Positions 27,771-40,907 of a DNA stretch of 64,000 nucleotides are shown here, one piece after another. Position 1 is the stretch's first letter. The number at the start of each line of letters is the position of its first letter. The notes beneath the pieces are model-generated. The model made no database searches. It saw only the letters and a list, made by a program, of their open reading frames with translations, and was not told where the DNA came from. The position numbers and the translations under genes were made by a program. The DNA comes from Eledone cirrhosa. Taxonomy: Eukaryota. The stretch is from contig OZ024740.1 in assembly GCA_964016885.1 (NCBI GenBank), positions 366,048,001-366,112,000 on the forward strand, written 5' to 3'.

Positions 27771-28934
27771 ATATCTATAGATATCTATATATATGTTTAT
27801 ATATGCCTGTATCTATGCATACATCCATGTTTGTACATCTATGAGCATCTACATATGTCTGCATGTTTATGTTGTGCACATTTATGTGTGCATGTGTGTT
27901 TATGGTGTGTCTATGTTTATACTATGTTTGTGTGTGTGTACATTTATGTTGAGTATGTCTATGTAGTATTCATCTATCTATGAGTGTGGTGATGTAAATT
28001 AAAACATCTGTTTTATTCATTGATGTGGCAGAGTGAAAGGAAAAAAACATCTAATATAGATAGCTTTCTAAAACAAACAATAATGAAGTTTAAAGAAAAG
28101 ATAAACTAAGAAAGGTTTTAATGGATTGGGGTGGTAATGAGAAATAAAAATAATGGATAAATTGAAGGAAAAAGTGATAAGAGAAAAAAAATGACAGTAA
28201 AACAGACAGAATTAGAGATATATAAAAGAGAGAATGTGCTAGAAAAGGATTCAGATAATATAGATTGATAAATAGAAGCCAGAAATGAGTTAAAGAGATT
28301 GAAAACATTGAATAAGACAACTAGCTAGATCTTAAATAGTAAAATGTGACAACAGATTGAAAGTAATGAAATAGATTATTAGAATGAAGAATTAACATAA
28401 TACAAATGAAGTAGACGTCATGGTTAAAAATGAAGGGGGGGGGGGGGGAAACACACACACAAAAAAACAAACAAAAATTTTTACTGCGCATAACAATCTT
28501 CCCCTATTCCAATGAAGGACTCACGTCCGATACAGTAAAACATGCTTTTACCTTTTCCCACAAGCATGAAACTAATATCACTGTGTAATTGTGTGCCACC
28601 TATTTAAATCATGAATTATATATGCGGTATATATGCGAGTTTTTGTGTAAGTAAATAGATCTCGGTTGCTCTAGTTTTACTGATAGATGTTCAGGTGTCC
28701 AATCAGCTGGACAACCAACCTGCTTATTGAATTAGTGTAAGAGACTAAGTATTCCACAACTGTGTATGTACTCTTCAGGTATGAACTCATCACAACACAT
28801 TGGGTAAAAACCAATCTGTTGGGCTTTTAAGCAGTTTCTGACAACTCAAATTTAGTAAAAAACTGGGTTGACTGAAGGTTATAGTAAAAGACACTTGGTT
28901 AAGGTATCACACCGTGAGATTTAACTTGAAACTC

Positions 28935-29135
28935 TGTGTGTGAGAGAGAGAGAGAAAGAGAGTGTGAGTGTGTGTGTGAGTGTGTGTGTGAGTGTGTGTG
29001 TGAGTGTGTGAGTGTGTGTGTGAGTGTGTGTGAGTGTGTGTGAGTGTGTGTGAGTGTGTGAGAGTGTGAGAGTGTGAGAGTGTGTGTGTGTGTGTGTGTG
29101 TGTCTGTGTCTGTGTCTGTGTGTGTGTCTGTGTCT

Positions 29136-29197
<62 letters not shown>

Positions 29198-29200
29198 GTG
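28935..29200. repeat. Compound (GT)/(GA)/(GTCT) microsatellite
   Basis: Seen directly in the sequence. Confidence 0.95.
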
Positions 29201-31242
29201 TTAGTTTAATTGGAATGGCTAACACACACACAAAAAATAATTAACAAAACAGAATTTGATATGCCTTAATAGTTTTAACAGTGATGGAAAAGAGTTAAGA
29301 GATACTATGAATTATATAGTAAGACAGTAGAATCTGAAGAAACTATAATGTTTTAATATATAAGTAATTTCAGAATAAAAAGAACATCAAGAATTAAATG
29401 TATGTGTGGCAGGGATGTAAACCCTATTATAGAGAATCATAATATTCAACCTATGCTAGCATGGAGAAACAGATGAAAAGGGTTGATGATGATGAATAAC
29501 AAAATAATTTTGTTACAAAGTATAATCAAAACCTACCTTTTAATATATTACAAAAACAAAGTAACTTTTTTCTTCATTACCATCAATAGGTGGATATCGA
29601 TTTTAATATAATAATAATGAAAATTATTGTATACAGTGCTCAAGTGCACTAAAACTCATCAAAGGTGCATGTATAGTACATAGAATAATGTACAAATGTC
29701 AGTTAAGTGAATAGAGTATCATCATCAGTTAATGCCCGTTCTTCAGGCTAGCAAGGGCTGTATACTTATAAAAAGTTACCAATTTCAATAAATATATAAT
29801 ACCAGTTCTACTACTACTATGTATAACAGCAACAACAATAATATTACTAACAAAAAAAAAAAAAAAATCAGCTATGTAATTCTTGGTATAAATCTTGTCT
29901 GACAACAAACCCAAAATGACACTGAACAATACTGATTAACCAACACTAGAACATGAGAGATTTATTTGATCCAGCATTACTATACATTTGCAATAATGAT
30001 GCTTAATAAAGGCAGAGTTAAAAGAAAGGAAAATATTTCAAAATCAATTTAGTTTTGATTTACTAAAAACCTGAATTCATTAAAACTGCAATCAATATCA
30101 TCATCATCATCATTTTACGTCCGCTTTTCCCTGCTTGCAAGATAATGTATTGTTTACTTTTCAAATGTTTCTTTCTAAAGAATCACAGCATATTGAATCA
30201 CAGCATATGGAAAAGTTGCCACTTTGGCATTAATAAATATATTGTGAAAGACAGATGCAAAGCTCAGATTCGATACAGATTCTACAGCATAAGGATGATT
30301 ATTTAGTGAATAAAGAGAAGCACCACCAGAACTTAAAATTCACACCACATACAAAAAAAAAAGATGAAAAAAGATGAAAAAAAAAAAAATTTAAACTGAA
30401 ATCACAGGAAACATCAGACAAGTTAACTTATGTAATGGTTTCTTAAAAATAAAACTAATTATATAGAACTTAGTCTGAATGGAAAAGAAATTAGCTAAAG
30501 AACACACACACAAAAACAAAAATCAAAGAACAATACATCCTTGCACTGTATCTAAATGGTAAAACAGACCAGCGTTTTGTTGAAATTGCAGATGCTTAAA
30601 TCCCATAAATATATTTATAATCAACAATTATATGTAGAATATATAAATATATAGATCTTTAAAGAGAAAAGTTTCTCTCCACTTCTTAAGAGCTTAAGCT
30701 AATAGCTTGATATCAATTCTTGAGATGAAAGTAACAAATCCTGTATCTGGTTTTGTTTCAGTTATGTTTGGTATCTCCAGAAATATTATTAATATGTATG
30801 TATAAGAAGGTAATCCGTTAGAAATTAATATAATCCTGATTAACGGTTGTAATCCAGTAGAACTCAACAAATGCTTGGAAAGGCAAGTGCTAAAAACATG
30901 ACCAAGCAACCAGGCTATATATTTGATAGTATCAAAGAGCTGGCAGGGAATGGGGGTGGATAAAGGAGAAAATGGAGAAAGGAAGAATGGGAGGGATGGT
31001 GAGATTAAAGAAATATATAATGATAGCAGCCAAGGGAACAGGGAGAGCATAGGTGATTAAAGAAGTTGACAAGACAGAGAGAGAGAGAAGAGGAATAGGT
31101 TGTTCTCTTTCTTTCCTTATATCTCTCTTGTTTTTAAGGGGTATTAGACACCTCTCATTCTCAGTCATGGCTTACTAGCTCTATACAAACATTTAAATTG
31201 ATTAAATAAACAAATAAATAAATAAAGATTATAGAAATATAC

Positions 31243-31266
31243 CTTTCCTGTCTCCATGTCATCTTC
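31243..31266 (-). other. Candidate 24-nt microexon, or 3' end of an alternative first exon
   Basis: tttgacag|GAAGATGACATGGAGACAGGAAAG|gtatat. Frame-preserving in phase 2 (KMTWRQER). Weak pyrimidine tract. Confidence 0.35.
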
Positions 31267-32113
31267 CTGTCAAATGACCCTGCCCTCCCACAACAGCACC
31301 ATGATTTACGAAAAGTGATCAAGTTCATCACAGGCAGACAAAAGTTTGAGATTCCATTGTTAGGGTAGGGTTAAACAATGAGAGAAGGAAAATGAAAGTG
31401 TTATCAGAGCCACTGAGAGATATTGGCAACCTCACTTCCACTGGGACACTGAGCACATAATAATCCATTCAGATAGATGACAATCGTTATCACTATAATT
31501 ACTATTCATGATCCCAGAGAGGGACAGGTAGCCATAGCACTCTAATTGTAAAGTGATCCACTAACAGTGGAGTGCTCAAATTGCAACACAAGGCAAGGTG
31601 ACAACATTTTTTTTTTTAAATGTTATTTTTTATAAAATTAAAAAAACCACAATGATTTCTCTTAATTAAATAACACTCAAATTTCATCACTTTTCTGGGT
31701 TTGTTCTAGATTAATTTAGCTGCAGAAAATTTTTTTTTTCTCTTAATAAAATCATCTTTAGGAACACACATACACAGCTCACATCACCCCACTATTTCTT
31801 TCTCACATACCTGCCTTTACATACAAACACCAGCTTGAATTTCTGTACACACTCTATTAACATACTAAACTCAATCCATGCATAAGTGGGTACACATGCA
31901 CAGATATCAATCCACACACATGTGTGTGGGTTGATGCATGTGCATGTGTGTGTAATGAAAGTCTAACCCATGCTAGCGTGGAAGATGGTGATGATGATAA
32001 TGAAAGTCAGTCGTATAAAGACTGGGGAGACCATAAATCAGAGAGGTACTCTATGCATGGGAAGGAGCAGAGTGGGTATAAAGGAAGGTTTAAACCACTA
32101 GGTTTATGCCTTC

Positions 32114-32167
<54 letters not shown>

Positions 32168-32888
32168 GAGGTTTTCAAATATTAATAATTTTCGATTCGT
32201 TTGCAATTATGCAAACAGCCTCTTTAAGGCTTGTGAATAGAATGACTGCCGTTCTTGCTCTTGTGTTGGCATATAAACAGAACAGCAGGCATTAATGTTT
32301 CTGGGTGATTATATATATTGTTATACTTTGGGAGGGTCATGTTGCCAATAAGAAACACACGCACCAGTTGCTTTCACTTCAATTTATTATAATAAATTTA
32401 TAAATTTAGGAATTTATAAATTTCTGGTTGGTTGGTTGGTTCCACAACCAGATAGTTGTTTATATATTGTCAAAGTTCTTTCGTCACACATTCTGTGACC
32501 TCTTCAGTGACTGGGGATTCTTTTCTTTGTTTTTGTGCCTTTCCTTTGTTCTGTCCTACGCCATTTTGTTTCTGTGTGTGTGTTGTGTGCTCAGTCTGCG
32601 CATGCGCCACATCCGGGTGTCTGTGTGTGTTTATATTTGTTTATTTATTTGTTTATTTACATGTTACCGGTTGGTTGTTTGTTCTATGTGCATGTGTGTT
32701 TTCATTTTGTCCTTAATTGTAAGTTGTGATGTTGCTGTTCCACTCATATTTTCTATTTAATTTTGGTTGTAATTCTTTTATGTTTATTGCCTCTGTGATT
32801 TGTCTAAACATTGCGTCTTTTCTGTGTGTAGATTCTATTTTTATTTCTATGTTCTCTAATTTACCCTTATGTTCTATTTTAGCATGTT

Positions 32889-33089
32889 AGTAAAGAATCA
32901 TCTGTACTCTACCAACATGCTAAAATAGAACATAAGGGTAAATTAGAGAACATAGAAATAAAAATAGAATCTACACACAGAAAAGACGCAATGTTTAGAC
33001 AAATCACAGAGGCAATAAACATAAAAGAATTACAACCAAAATTAAATAGAAAATATGAGTGGAACAGCAACATCACAACTTACAATTAA
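32889..33089 (+). pseudogene. C-terminal fragment of Penelope-like GIY-YIG endonuclease
   Basis: Manual translation: SKESSVLYQHAKIEHKGKLENIEIKIESTHRKDAMFRQITEAINIKELQPKLNRKYEWNSNITTYN*. Fits the PLE pattern S-x-L-x-x-H...R-x-x-x-E-A-x-x-I...P-x-L-N. Confidence 0.85.
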
Positions 33090-33269
33090 GGACAAAATGA
33101 AAACACACACACACAGAACAAACAACCAACCAGTAACATGTAAATAAACAAATAAATAAATGAACATAAACACACACAGACACCCGGATGTGGTGCATGC
33201 GCAGACTGAGCACACAACACACACACAGAAACAAAATGGCGTAGGACAGAACAAAGAAAAGAATCCCCA

Positions 33270-33312
33270 GTCACTGAAGAGGTCACAGAATGTGTGACGA
33301 AAGAACTTTGAC
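33270..33312 (+). ncRNA. Minimal type I hammerhead motif (mirror copy at 32469-32511, minus strand)
   Basis: GUCA-CUGAAGA-G-GUCACA-gaaug-UGUGAC-GAAA-GaaC-UU^-UGAC. Confidence 0.78.
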
Positions 33313-33520
33313 AATATATAAACAACTATCTGGTTGTGGAACCAACCAACCAACCAGAAATTTATAAATTCCTAAATTTATAAATTTATTATAATAAATT
33401 GAAGTGAAAGCAACTGGTGCGTGTGTTTCTTATTGGCAACATGACCCTCCCAAAGTATAACAATATCGGTTTCAACACACGTTTTCAGATAAAGAATCTT
33501 GCTAAACAAATTCAGAAACG

Positions 33521-33578
<58 letters not shown>

Positions 33579-34619
33579 ACTGGCTATTATAAAAAAAAAA
33601 AAACAGGCTTTCATTGCAAGTGATCACAATAATCAGATTCCACTTTATATCAAAATCAAAGTTGATGCCTTATGTGTAAACAGACATACACACACACACA
33701 TCTCACGAAGCTGTCTCTCTCACACACACATTTATATATATGTGAACAAAATATATGTAAAAATTGATAACTATTAATATATATATTTAGATAAATGGTG
33801 TACAATCAAATTTATTTACAATATATATGGAAACACTAACTTTTTACTGATTCCTCTGTGTGTGTATTTGTGTGTTGTGTATATATGTTTACAGGCATGT
33901 ATGTATTAAAATGTGATTGTTTATGAGTGTATGAGTATGTGTTTTTTATGTGGAGACAAGATTGTATGTGTATGTGCGTGTGGATGTGTGCATATGTGTG
34001 TTTATTTTGATTCATTCTCCAAACATACAAACTTACTGTCAAACAATCACCATTCAACCCACCTGCCTTCACACAACAAAAAGAAAACAAAAACATCATT
34101 ATACCCTCCCACCCACTGAAAGCCATTATGGTTTTAAATTGCAGCTTTATTATTATATTCAGTTAACAACCACTTCAGAAGTTATCAGTAATACAAGTAG
34201 ACAGATACAGGAAAATGGGTAGAGGAGAAGAGGGGTGAATTTAAAGACACCATCAATGGTAGTCTAAGTTATGATGAAGAGAAGGGAGGGAGGACTAAGT
34301 GGTGGGGTAGAAGGAATCACAGGGGGGAGAGGAAGACGGGGAGAGGGAGGTAGTGAATGTTTTGGAATGAATAGCAGATTAATTCAATTTGAAATTTCAT
34401 AATAAGAAACCTCTAGACAGACACTACAGAACTTGTAACCTCAGCCAGTTCTTTCTTTCTTCCTCATTCCTACCAAAAATCTACCTGTATAGTTTAGGAT
34501 GCAGAATCCACTCTAAAATCAAACTGTTATGGTTGGCTTGGGGATGTAGACTAAAAAAAAAAAACAATAAGAAAAGATACAACAACAAATTAAATCCTGC
34601 ATACTCAGAGTTGTTATTA

Positions 34620-36206
34620 ATAACTGTTTCTAATTCATACATAAAGTCAAAAAAATGTTTTTCTTTTTTGGGGAGGAGGAGGGGGGGGGGGGGGTAAATC
34701 GACACCAGTGCATTACTGGTACTTTATTTTATCAAGCCTGTAAGGACGAAAGGCAAATTTAACCTTGGCAAGATTTTAACTCAGAATGTAAAGGGATGTG
34801 TATATGTCACAAAACATCAGACAATCTACTGACAATAATAATTGTTTCTACTATTGGCACAAGGCCAGCAATTATCCAGTACATTACTGGTACTTTATTT
34901 TATCGACCCCGTAAGGATGAAAGGCAAAGTTAACCTCGGCGGGATTTGAACTCAGAATGGCAAGAGCCGTAACTATGCCTCAAAGCATGGCGTCCGACCC
35001 TCTACCGATACTGCCAAAATAATGGTTTCTTATATAGTCACAAGGCCAGCAATTTTGGGGGAGGGGAAAGTTGATTAAATCGACCCCAGTGCATTACTGA
35101 TACTTTATTTTATCGACCCCGTAAGGATGAAAGGCAAAGTTAACCTCGGCGGGATTTGAACTCAGAATGGCAAGGGCCGTAACTATGCCTCAAAGCATGG
35201 CGTCCGACCCTCTACCGATACTGCCAAAATAATGGTTTCTTATATAGTCACAAGGCCAGCAATTTTGGGGGAGGGGAAAGTTGATTAAATCGACCCCAGT
35301 GCATTACTGATACTTTATTTTATCGACCCCGTAAGGATGAAAGGCAAAGTTAACCTCGGCGGGATTTGAACTCAGATCATAAAGGGCCGTAACTCTAAGC
35401 TGCAAAGCATGGTGTCCGACCCTCTACCGATACTGCCAATCCACCGCCCTACTGATGATAATAATAATAATGGTTTCTGATTTAGGCACAATGCCAATAA
35501 ATTTTTGGGGAAAGTCGATTAAACTGACCCCAGTGCATTGCTGGTGCTTTATTTTATATACTATAGGCATAAGGCCAGCAATTTGGTGGGTGGGGAAAGT
35601 TACTGAGATTTGGGACATTAACAAATGCACCAGCTCCCTGAGTGAACAGTTTTCTTAAATTTTACATTATGCCTTTTAGTACAAAACATGTTTTTATATA
35701 GGTATTGGGTTAAAGCTTAGTACAAAACTGATCAAGAACCACAGGTCTAGAGAAATGTTAAAAAAGGTAAAAATTGATTTTCTTTATGAAAAAAAAAAAA
35801 ATTGCACAAGGCCAGCAATTTGGGAGAAGGTGAAAGTTGATTATATCAACCCCAGTACTTAATTGATACTTTATTTTATCAACCCTGGAAGGATGAAAGG
35901 CAAAGTTAACCTTGGAGGGATTTGAAGTCCCAGTGAAAATAGCTGGAACAAATACCGCAAAAGAATTTTGTTCAGCCCTCTACCAATTCAGCCAATCCAC
36001 CACCAAACAGAGAAGTGGAAGGCAAAGTTAATTGTTTCTACTATTGGCACAAGGCCAGAAATTACCCAGTACATTACTGGTACTTTATTTTATCGACCCC
36101 GTAAGGATGAAAGGCAAAGTTAATCCTCAGCGGGATTTGAACTCAGAATGGCAAGGGCCGTAACTATGCGTCAAAGCATGGCGTCCGAACCTCTACCGAT
36201 ACTGCC
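34620..36206 (-). mobile_element. Cluster of ~7 co-oriented SINE family 1 copies, including a 210-bp-period tandem array
   Basis: Near-identical sequence restarts at 34891, 35101 and 35311. Further copies at ~34620, ~35470, ~35805 and ~36030. Confidence 0.9.
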
Positions 36207-37650
36207 ATGCTGACAAGCAAGATTCAAACAGAGCAAATAGGTATCAAATTAGATGTAATAAAACTTAGCTTTCTGCTAACTGAACCTTTGCCACCATGAT
36301 TTTTATATCTCCCATAAACACAAATTTCCAGAATCAGATGTTCATGTCTTACCTCAAGGGAGAAACAATGTAAATGAGGTAGAATGGATACAATTGAGAA
36401 TATAATCTATGTCATAAATCACATATATACAAATATACTATTAAAAACAATTTAATAGAAAAAGAAAAAAATAGTTTGAGAAGAAAGAATGGAATGTAAA
36501 ATAAGAAAATAGAAAATAAAACAGAAAAGGAAGGGAAAGGCAAAGGCTCTAGTGTCAAAGAAGAATGGTGTAGGTGAGGAGCTCTGGGCCTAAGGTGCAG
36601 CAGTAATTGGGCTGCACCCCACAGACAAGACTGCAAAAGCCAGTTCTCCCTTATAACAAGTTTATGAGGCTATGTATTTACACATAGCAACAATTCTTCA
36701 GTTTTTATATCTAAACCACCACTAAAAGTAAAATTAATCTCAAAGTCAAGTATCAAATTTTTTAATAATTTCCAACTGAACATTTACTCCTCAATAACCA
36801 TTGCCATCACCACTTCAATGATCACTGAATACACTAAGTTTAGTAAACTTTCTCACATTCCAATTTACAGATATACATTTAGCTAAATAATTAAACAGAA
36901 ACCTGAATTTGAAAAAATATACATATTTTCAATTATTAATTATTTTACCATACAAGTACATATATACTTTTATGATGAGCCAAAAGGGACGCTGTAAGTT
37001 GTCATTTGACCTACTAAAAACAGCAGGCAAAATGTCTCTCAATTCACATGCCCTAACCCTTTGATACCACACTGAAACTACTGTTTTAGTGTTCATATTA
37101 ATCGAAAATTTTATCTTTCCATCATAATTTTATTGAAGAATCTTTGTTAAGTTAATGCCCCAAACAACGGCTTAATGACAAGGTTAGTTATATTACTAAA
37201 TCCTTGCAAATTAATCATGATTTTCAAGTATTTTGAAAAATAAGTGGCAATATCCTTCATTGGAAATATAAGAAAGGAAAAGTTAAATGAAGAATACATT
37301 TGACAATGTAATCAAAGATATACAAAAAGGCAGGATGGTTAGTCGGAAAACCTTTGAATAATCGATTGTGGTTGATCAGAACCGACCTGAGGCTAAACAA
37401 GAACAACAACATACTTATTTCAGAATTTTGTAGCTAGAGAAATTTCAGCAGCTCTGCAAGGATTCATAACACTTTATTTCAAACAGAAAGTTGGTCTAAA
37501 GTTTAACTCTGCTGCTGGTAAAATAAAGACTTCAAACAACTGGAACTCAGTTTCTTTACATGTGTATGTGTAATCACACATGTACATAGGTATAGATATT
37601 TATATATATATATACACACACATATATATACACATACTTACACACACACA

Positions 37651-37693
<43 letters not shown>

Positions 37694-38144
37694 AACACAC
37701 ACACACACACTGATTTGCATGCAGGCATCAAACAGCCAAAGTTTCGTTTGTAGAAAGAAACTTCTTGTTGCCAACAGAGGCAGTAGCTCTCTGAACTGTT
37801 TCCATCATATCATTTCAAAATAACCTCAACCACTGCTAATTAGGTCACCTAGGTAACAGAAACTATCAACTACTGCTATGGAGCTAACCAGGGATTGGAG
37901 AAAATGTTTTACACTAGGGCTCTTACAACTAACTACCTCTGGGCATCTGCCACATACAAAGTCTACCTAGAATCTCACTACATCTCTTGTGTACTCATAC
38001 TTTTCATTACTTAGTGTTTATCATAGTGTCCTGACCTACTACTTTTCTACATACTGAGCACAGCCACTTCCCTGACAGGATCAGCGCCCTATATTCTTTC
38101 CAATTTAGTATGACTTTTAGGTCTAGGTTCTGTTTCCACACACA

Positions 38145-38278
<134 letters not shown>

Positions 38279-38541
38279 TGTGTGTGTGTGGGGGGGGGGG
38301 GGGGCGTGCGTGCGTAAAAGGTTAACAAAAATAACAAAACAAAGTGGCACGGTACATGGAAGAAATATATTAGTTTAACGCTTGAAATAGCAGGAAGAGA
38401 GTCTTAACGTTTCGGACACTAGTTCTTCATTAGAAATAAAAGATAAACAGAAAGAAAAGATTGATGAGAGGAAGGAACGGGGGAAAATGAGAAAAAAAAA
38501 TTGTGTGTATATATATATATATATATATATACACATAGTTT

Positions 38542-38737
<196 letters not shown>

Positions 38738-40369
38738 CACACACACACACACATATATACAGACAGACAGACATACAGACAAACATTTGTATATTCATGT
38801 GTATGGAGTGTACTTTGAATTCTCAGTTTAACACTTTTAAACTAAATTTACATTTAGAATAAAGATGAAGGTCAGTGTAAAGGACTCCAGCAGCCCGAGA
38901 CTTAAAAATATCAATTTCATTGATCCTGTGATTGATAGTTTGACAGGATGCATGTAGTAACCACAAATATTACTTCCAGCTATCGTGGACATGAAAGGAT
39001 CAGATTCTGTTTGTGTATGCGTGATAGTGGTGTACTAGTGCATGTGAGCGAGTGCATGCATGCGAGTGAGTGCGTACATGTGTGAGAGTGAGTAGGTGCA
39101 CACACATGTGTCATCAGGGTGTGTGCATGTGTATTATCATCATCATGCCCACCTAACATGTTTGCGCGAGTTAGATGGGTTGTCACATACAGAGGCTAAA
39201 ACAGTCAGGTGACTACATCCTGCTCGTATGCTCTGTTTACAGCTGGATATTCTTCCTCGTGTAACGGTTGCATTTTATACTGACTACGGCACTACCATCT
39301 TACACTGTGGACAGGGTGTATTTTTGTTGGGGCATTAGCACAACCACCTTACAGGGTGGACTGGGTACTTTTTGTTGTGACACCTGCACTACCACTAAAA
39401 AGAGTGTGCTGGCTGCATTTTATTGTGCCATTACAACACTAAAATGCATGGTACGTTCTTGGTCAGTTGAAGTATGTAAAAAAAAAAAATGTGTACTTAT
39501 CAAGCAATGGTCTTATGGAAAGGGAAAATAATATACATTCTAGTCACATTGGAAGAACAGAAAATATTTCAAACTCAAACATTTGGCAGTTGTGAATGAC
39601 AAGAAAAATATTCTAGAAATCTCTGGTGGAAATATTTTTAGAAATCTTTTAAAAGTGAAGTTTCAGTTTTAATGATTTGTAGTGATATAATGGATATATG
39701 GCTAGAGATAACTGAAAGGTTAAAGTAGACCATTAACCTATTGATCAAGAGCTAGAAATGAGAAGTCAAATATTTTACTGCTACTTTCTCTACTTAACTA
39801 GCCCTATACCGTGGTGTAGCACTTAATACAAGGCATGTTACCTAGCTACTTAAGAGATGCAATAAAGCAGATTGAAAAATGCTGTGCTATTATGGAAAAG
39901 CAGACAAATATATCGCTGCCTTTATAATCAATGTTTTTCATGTTAAAAGGAAGTTTTGGTAGTCTAGTCTAATGTAATGTATGAAGCCTGGCTTTCTATT
40001 GTCTGAACAATATCCACTATCCTACTCTGATAATAATGTTACCATGGGCAAAATAAAGCAACACAAAACCCCCCAAAAAAACCCCCAAAAAATAAAAAAC
40101 AATCCTGGTTCGACGTAGTTGCTTCACAGGTTCAGTATAGCAGTTAAATGTCCCTCAAAAGTGATGTACATCACCTGTACATGGAAGCACGACTGGCTGT
40201 ACAGTAGGCAGTAGTTATAGAATGATGTCCACTTAGAGGTTTACAGGCAAATCATCCAAATGAATGTGTAATATAGGCACACATTGGTATTATGCTGTCC
40301 AAAATAGAAGAAAAATAAACTGCTTCCACAGACTCATTTTTTAACTAGAGAACATGTTTTATGCTTTTA

Positions 40370-40712
40370 AATGAAGTATGCATGAACAACAAAGCATGGA
40401 TGAGCTAAGAGAAAAATTGGATAGAAGAGGAATCAGATGTAGTGGGTAGGAAAGAAGACAGCTAGTATGGACATGTGACATGTATGGATGATGATCGTTG
40501 GGAGAAGTGCCAAGAAATCTCAATTAAAGGAAACTGCATTAGAGGCAAGACCAAAAAAGACCTGCACAGAAGTTGTGTGAGCTGATCTCAAATTGCTGAA
40601 GCTCACAGAGATGAGGAAGGACTGCAATGAGTGGGAGGATGGTGGAAAAAAACCATCCAACTCATATAAACATGGAAAAGCAGGCATAAAAGAACAACAT
40701 TAATGATGATGA
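40370..40712 (+). mobile_element. RTE LINE 3' remnant
   Basis: SMDELREKLDRRGIRCS-like peptide, homologous to 58630-58935, with (GAT) tail. Confidence 0.75.
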
Positions 40713-40748
40713 CCACAGATTAAATACACCATCGGCACAGTTGGCTAC

Positions 40749-40907
40749 CTGCAGGTGTGAGCCTCGTGAGTTGGCATGGCTCTTCCAGCACGTCTCCCTC
40801 ACCACCTTCTCTATTCTGTCCACTGGGGCCCATAATAGTGAGAGATGAGGAGAGCGGGAGAGACGGAGGCAGTGACAGTGTCGAGTTTGGTTCTTTTGTG
40901 TTCGGAC
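40749..40907 (-). other. Candidate exon (159 nt) of the host gene
   Basis: GC-richer unique sequence bounded by accag| and CAG|gtagcc. Open in two frames, but has a stop in the phase-2 frame of the flanking exons. Weak acceptor. Confidence 0.35.

Larger units (their letters stand above)
32315..33523 (+). mobile_element. Penelope-like retroelement 3' fragment with inverted duplicate, family A (long copy)
   Basis: Arms 32315-32888 and 32914-33466, 25-nt loop, extension to 33523, TA tracts on both sides. Contains a GIY-YIG C-terminus, a 3'UTR and a hammerhead. Confidence 0.9.

Noticed and set aside
33090-33520. SECIS element in the PLE 3'UTR (reported for some Naiad PLEs)
   Set aside because: No convincing AUGA/GA quartet stem found by eye, and no in-frame UGA in the retained fragment. 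A SECIS search tool would be needed.
34840-35450. CRISPR-like array
   Set aside because: Units are whole SINE copies without unique spacers, in a eukaryotic context with no cas genes.
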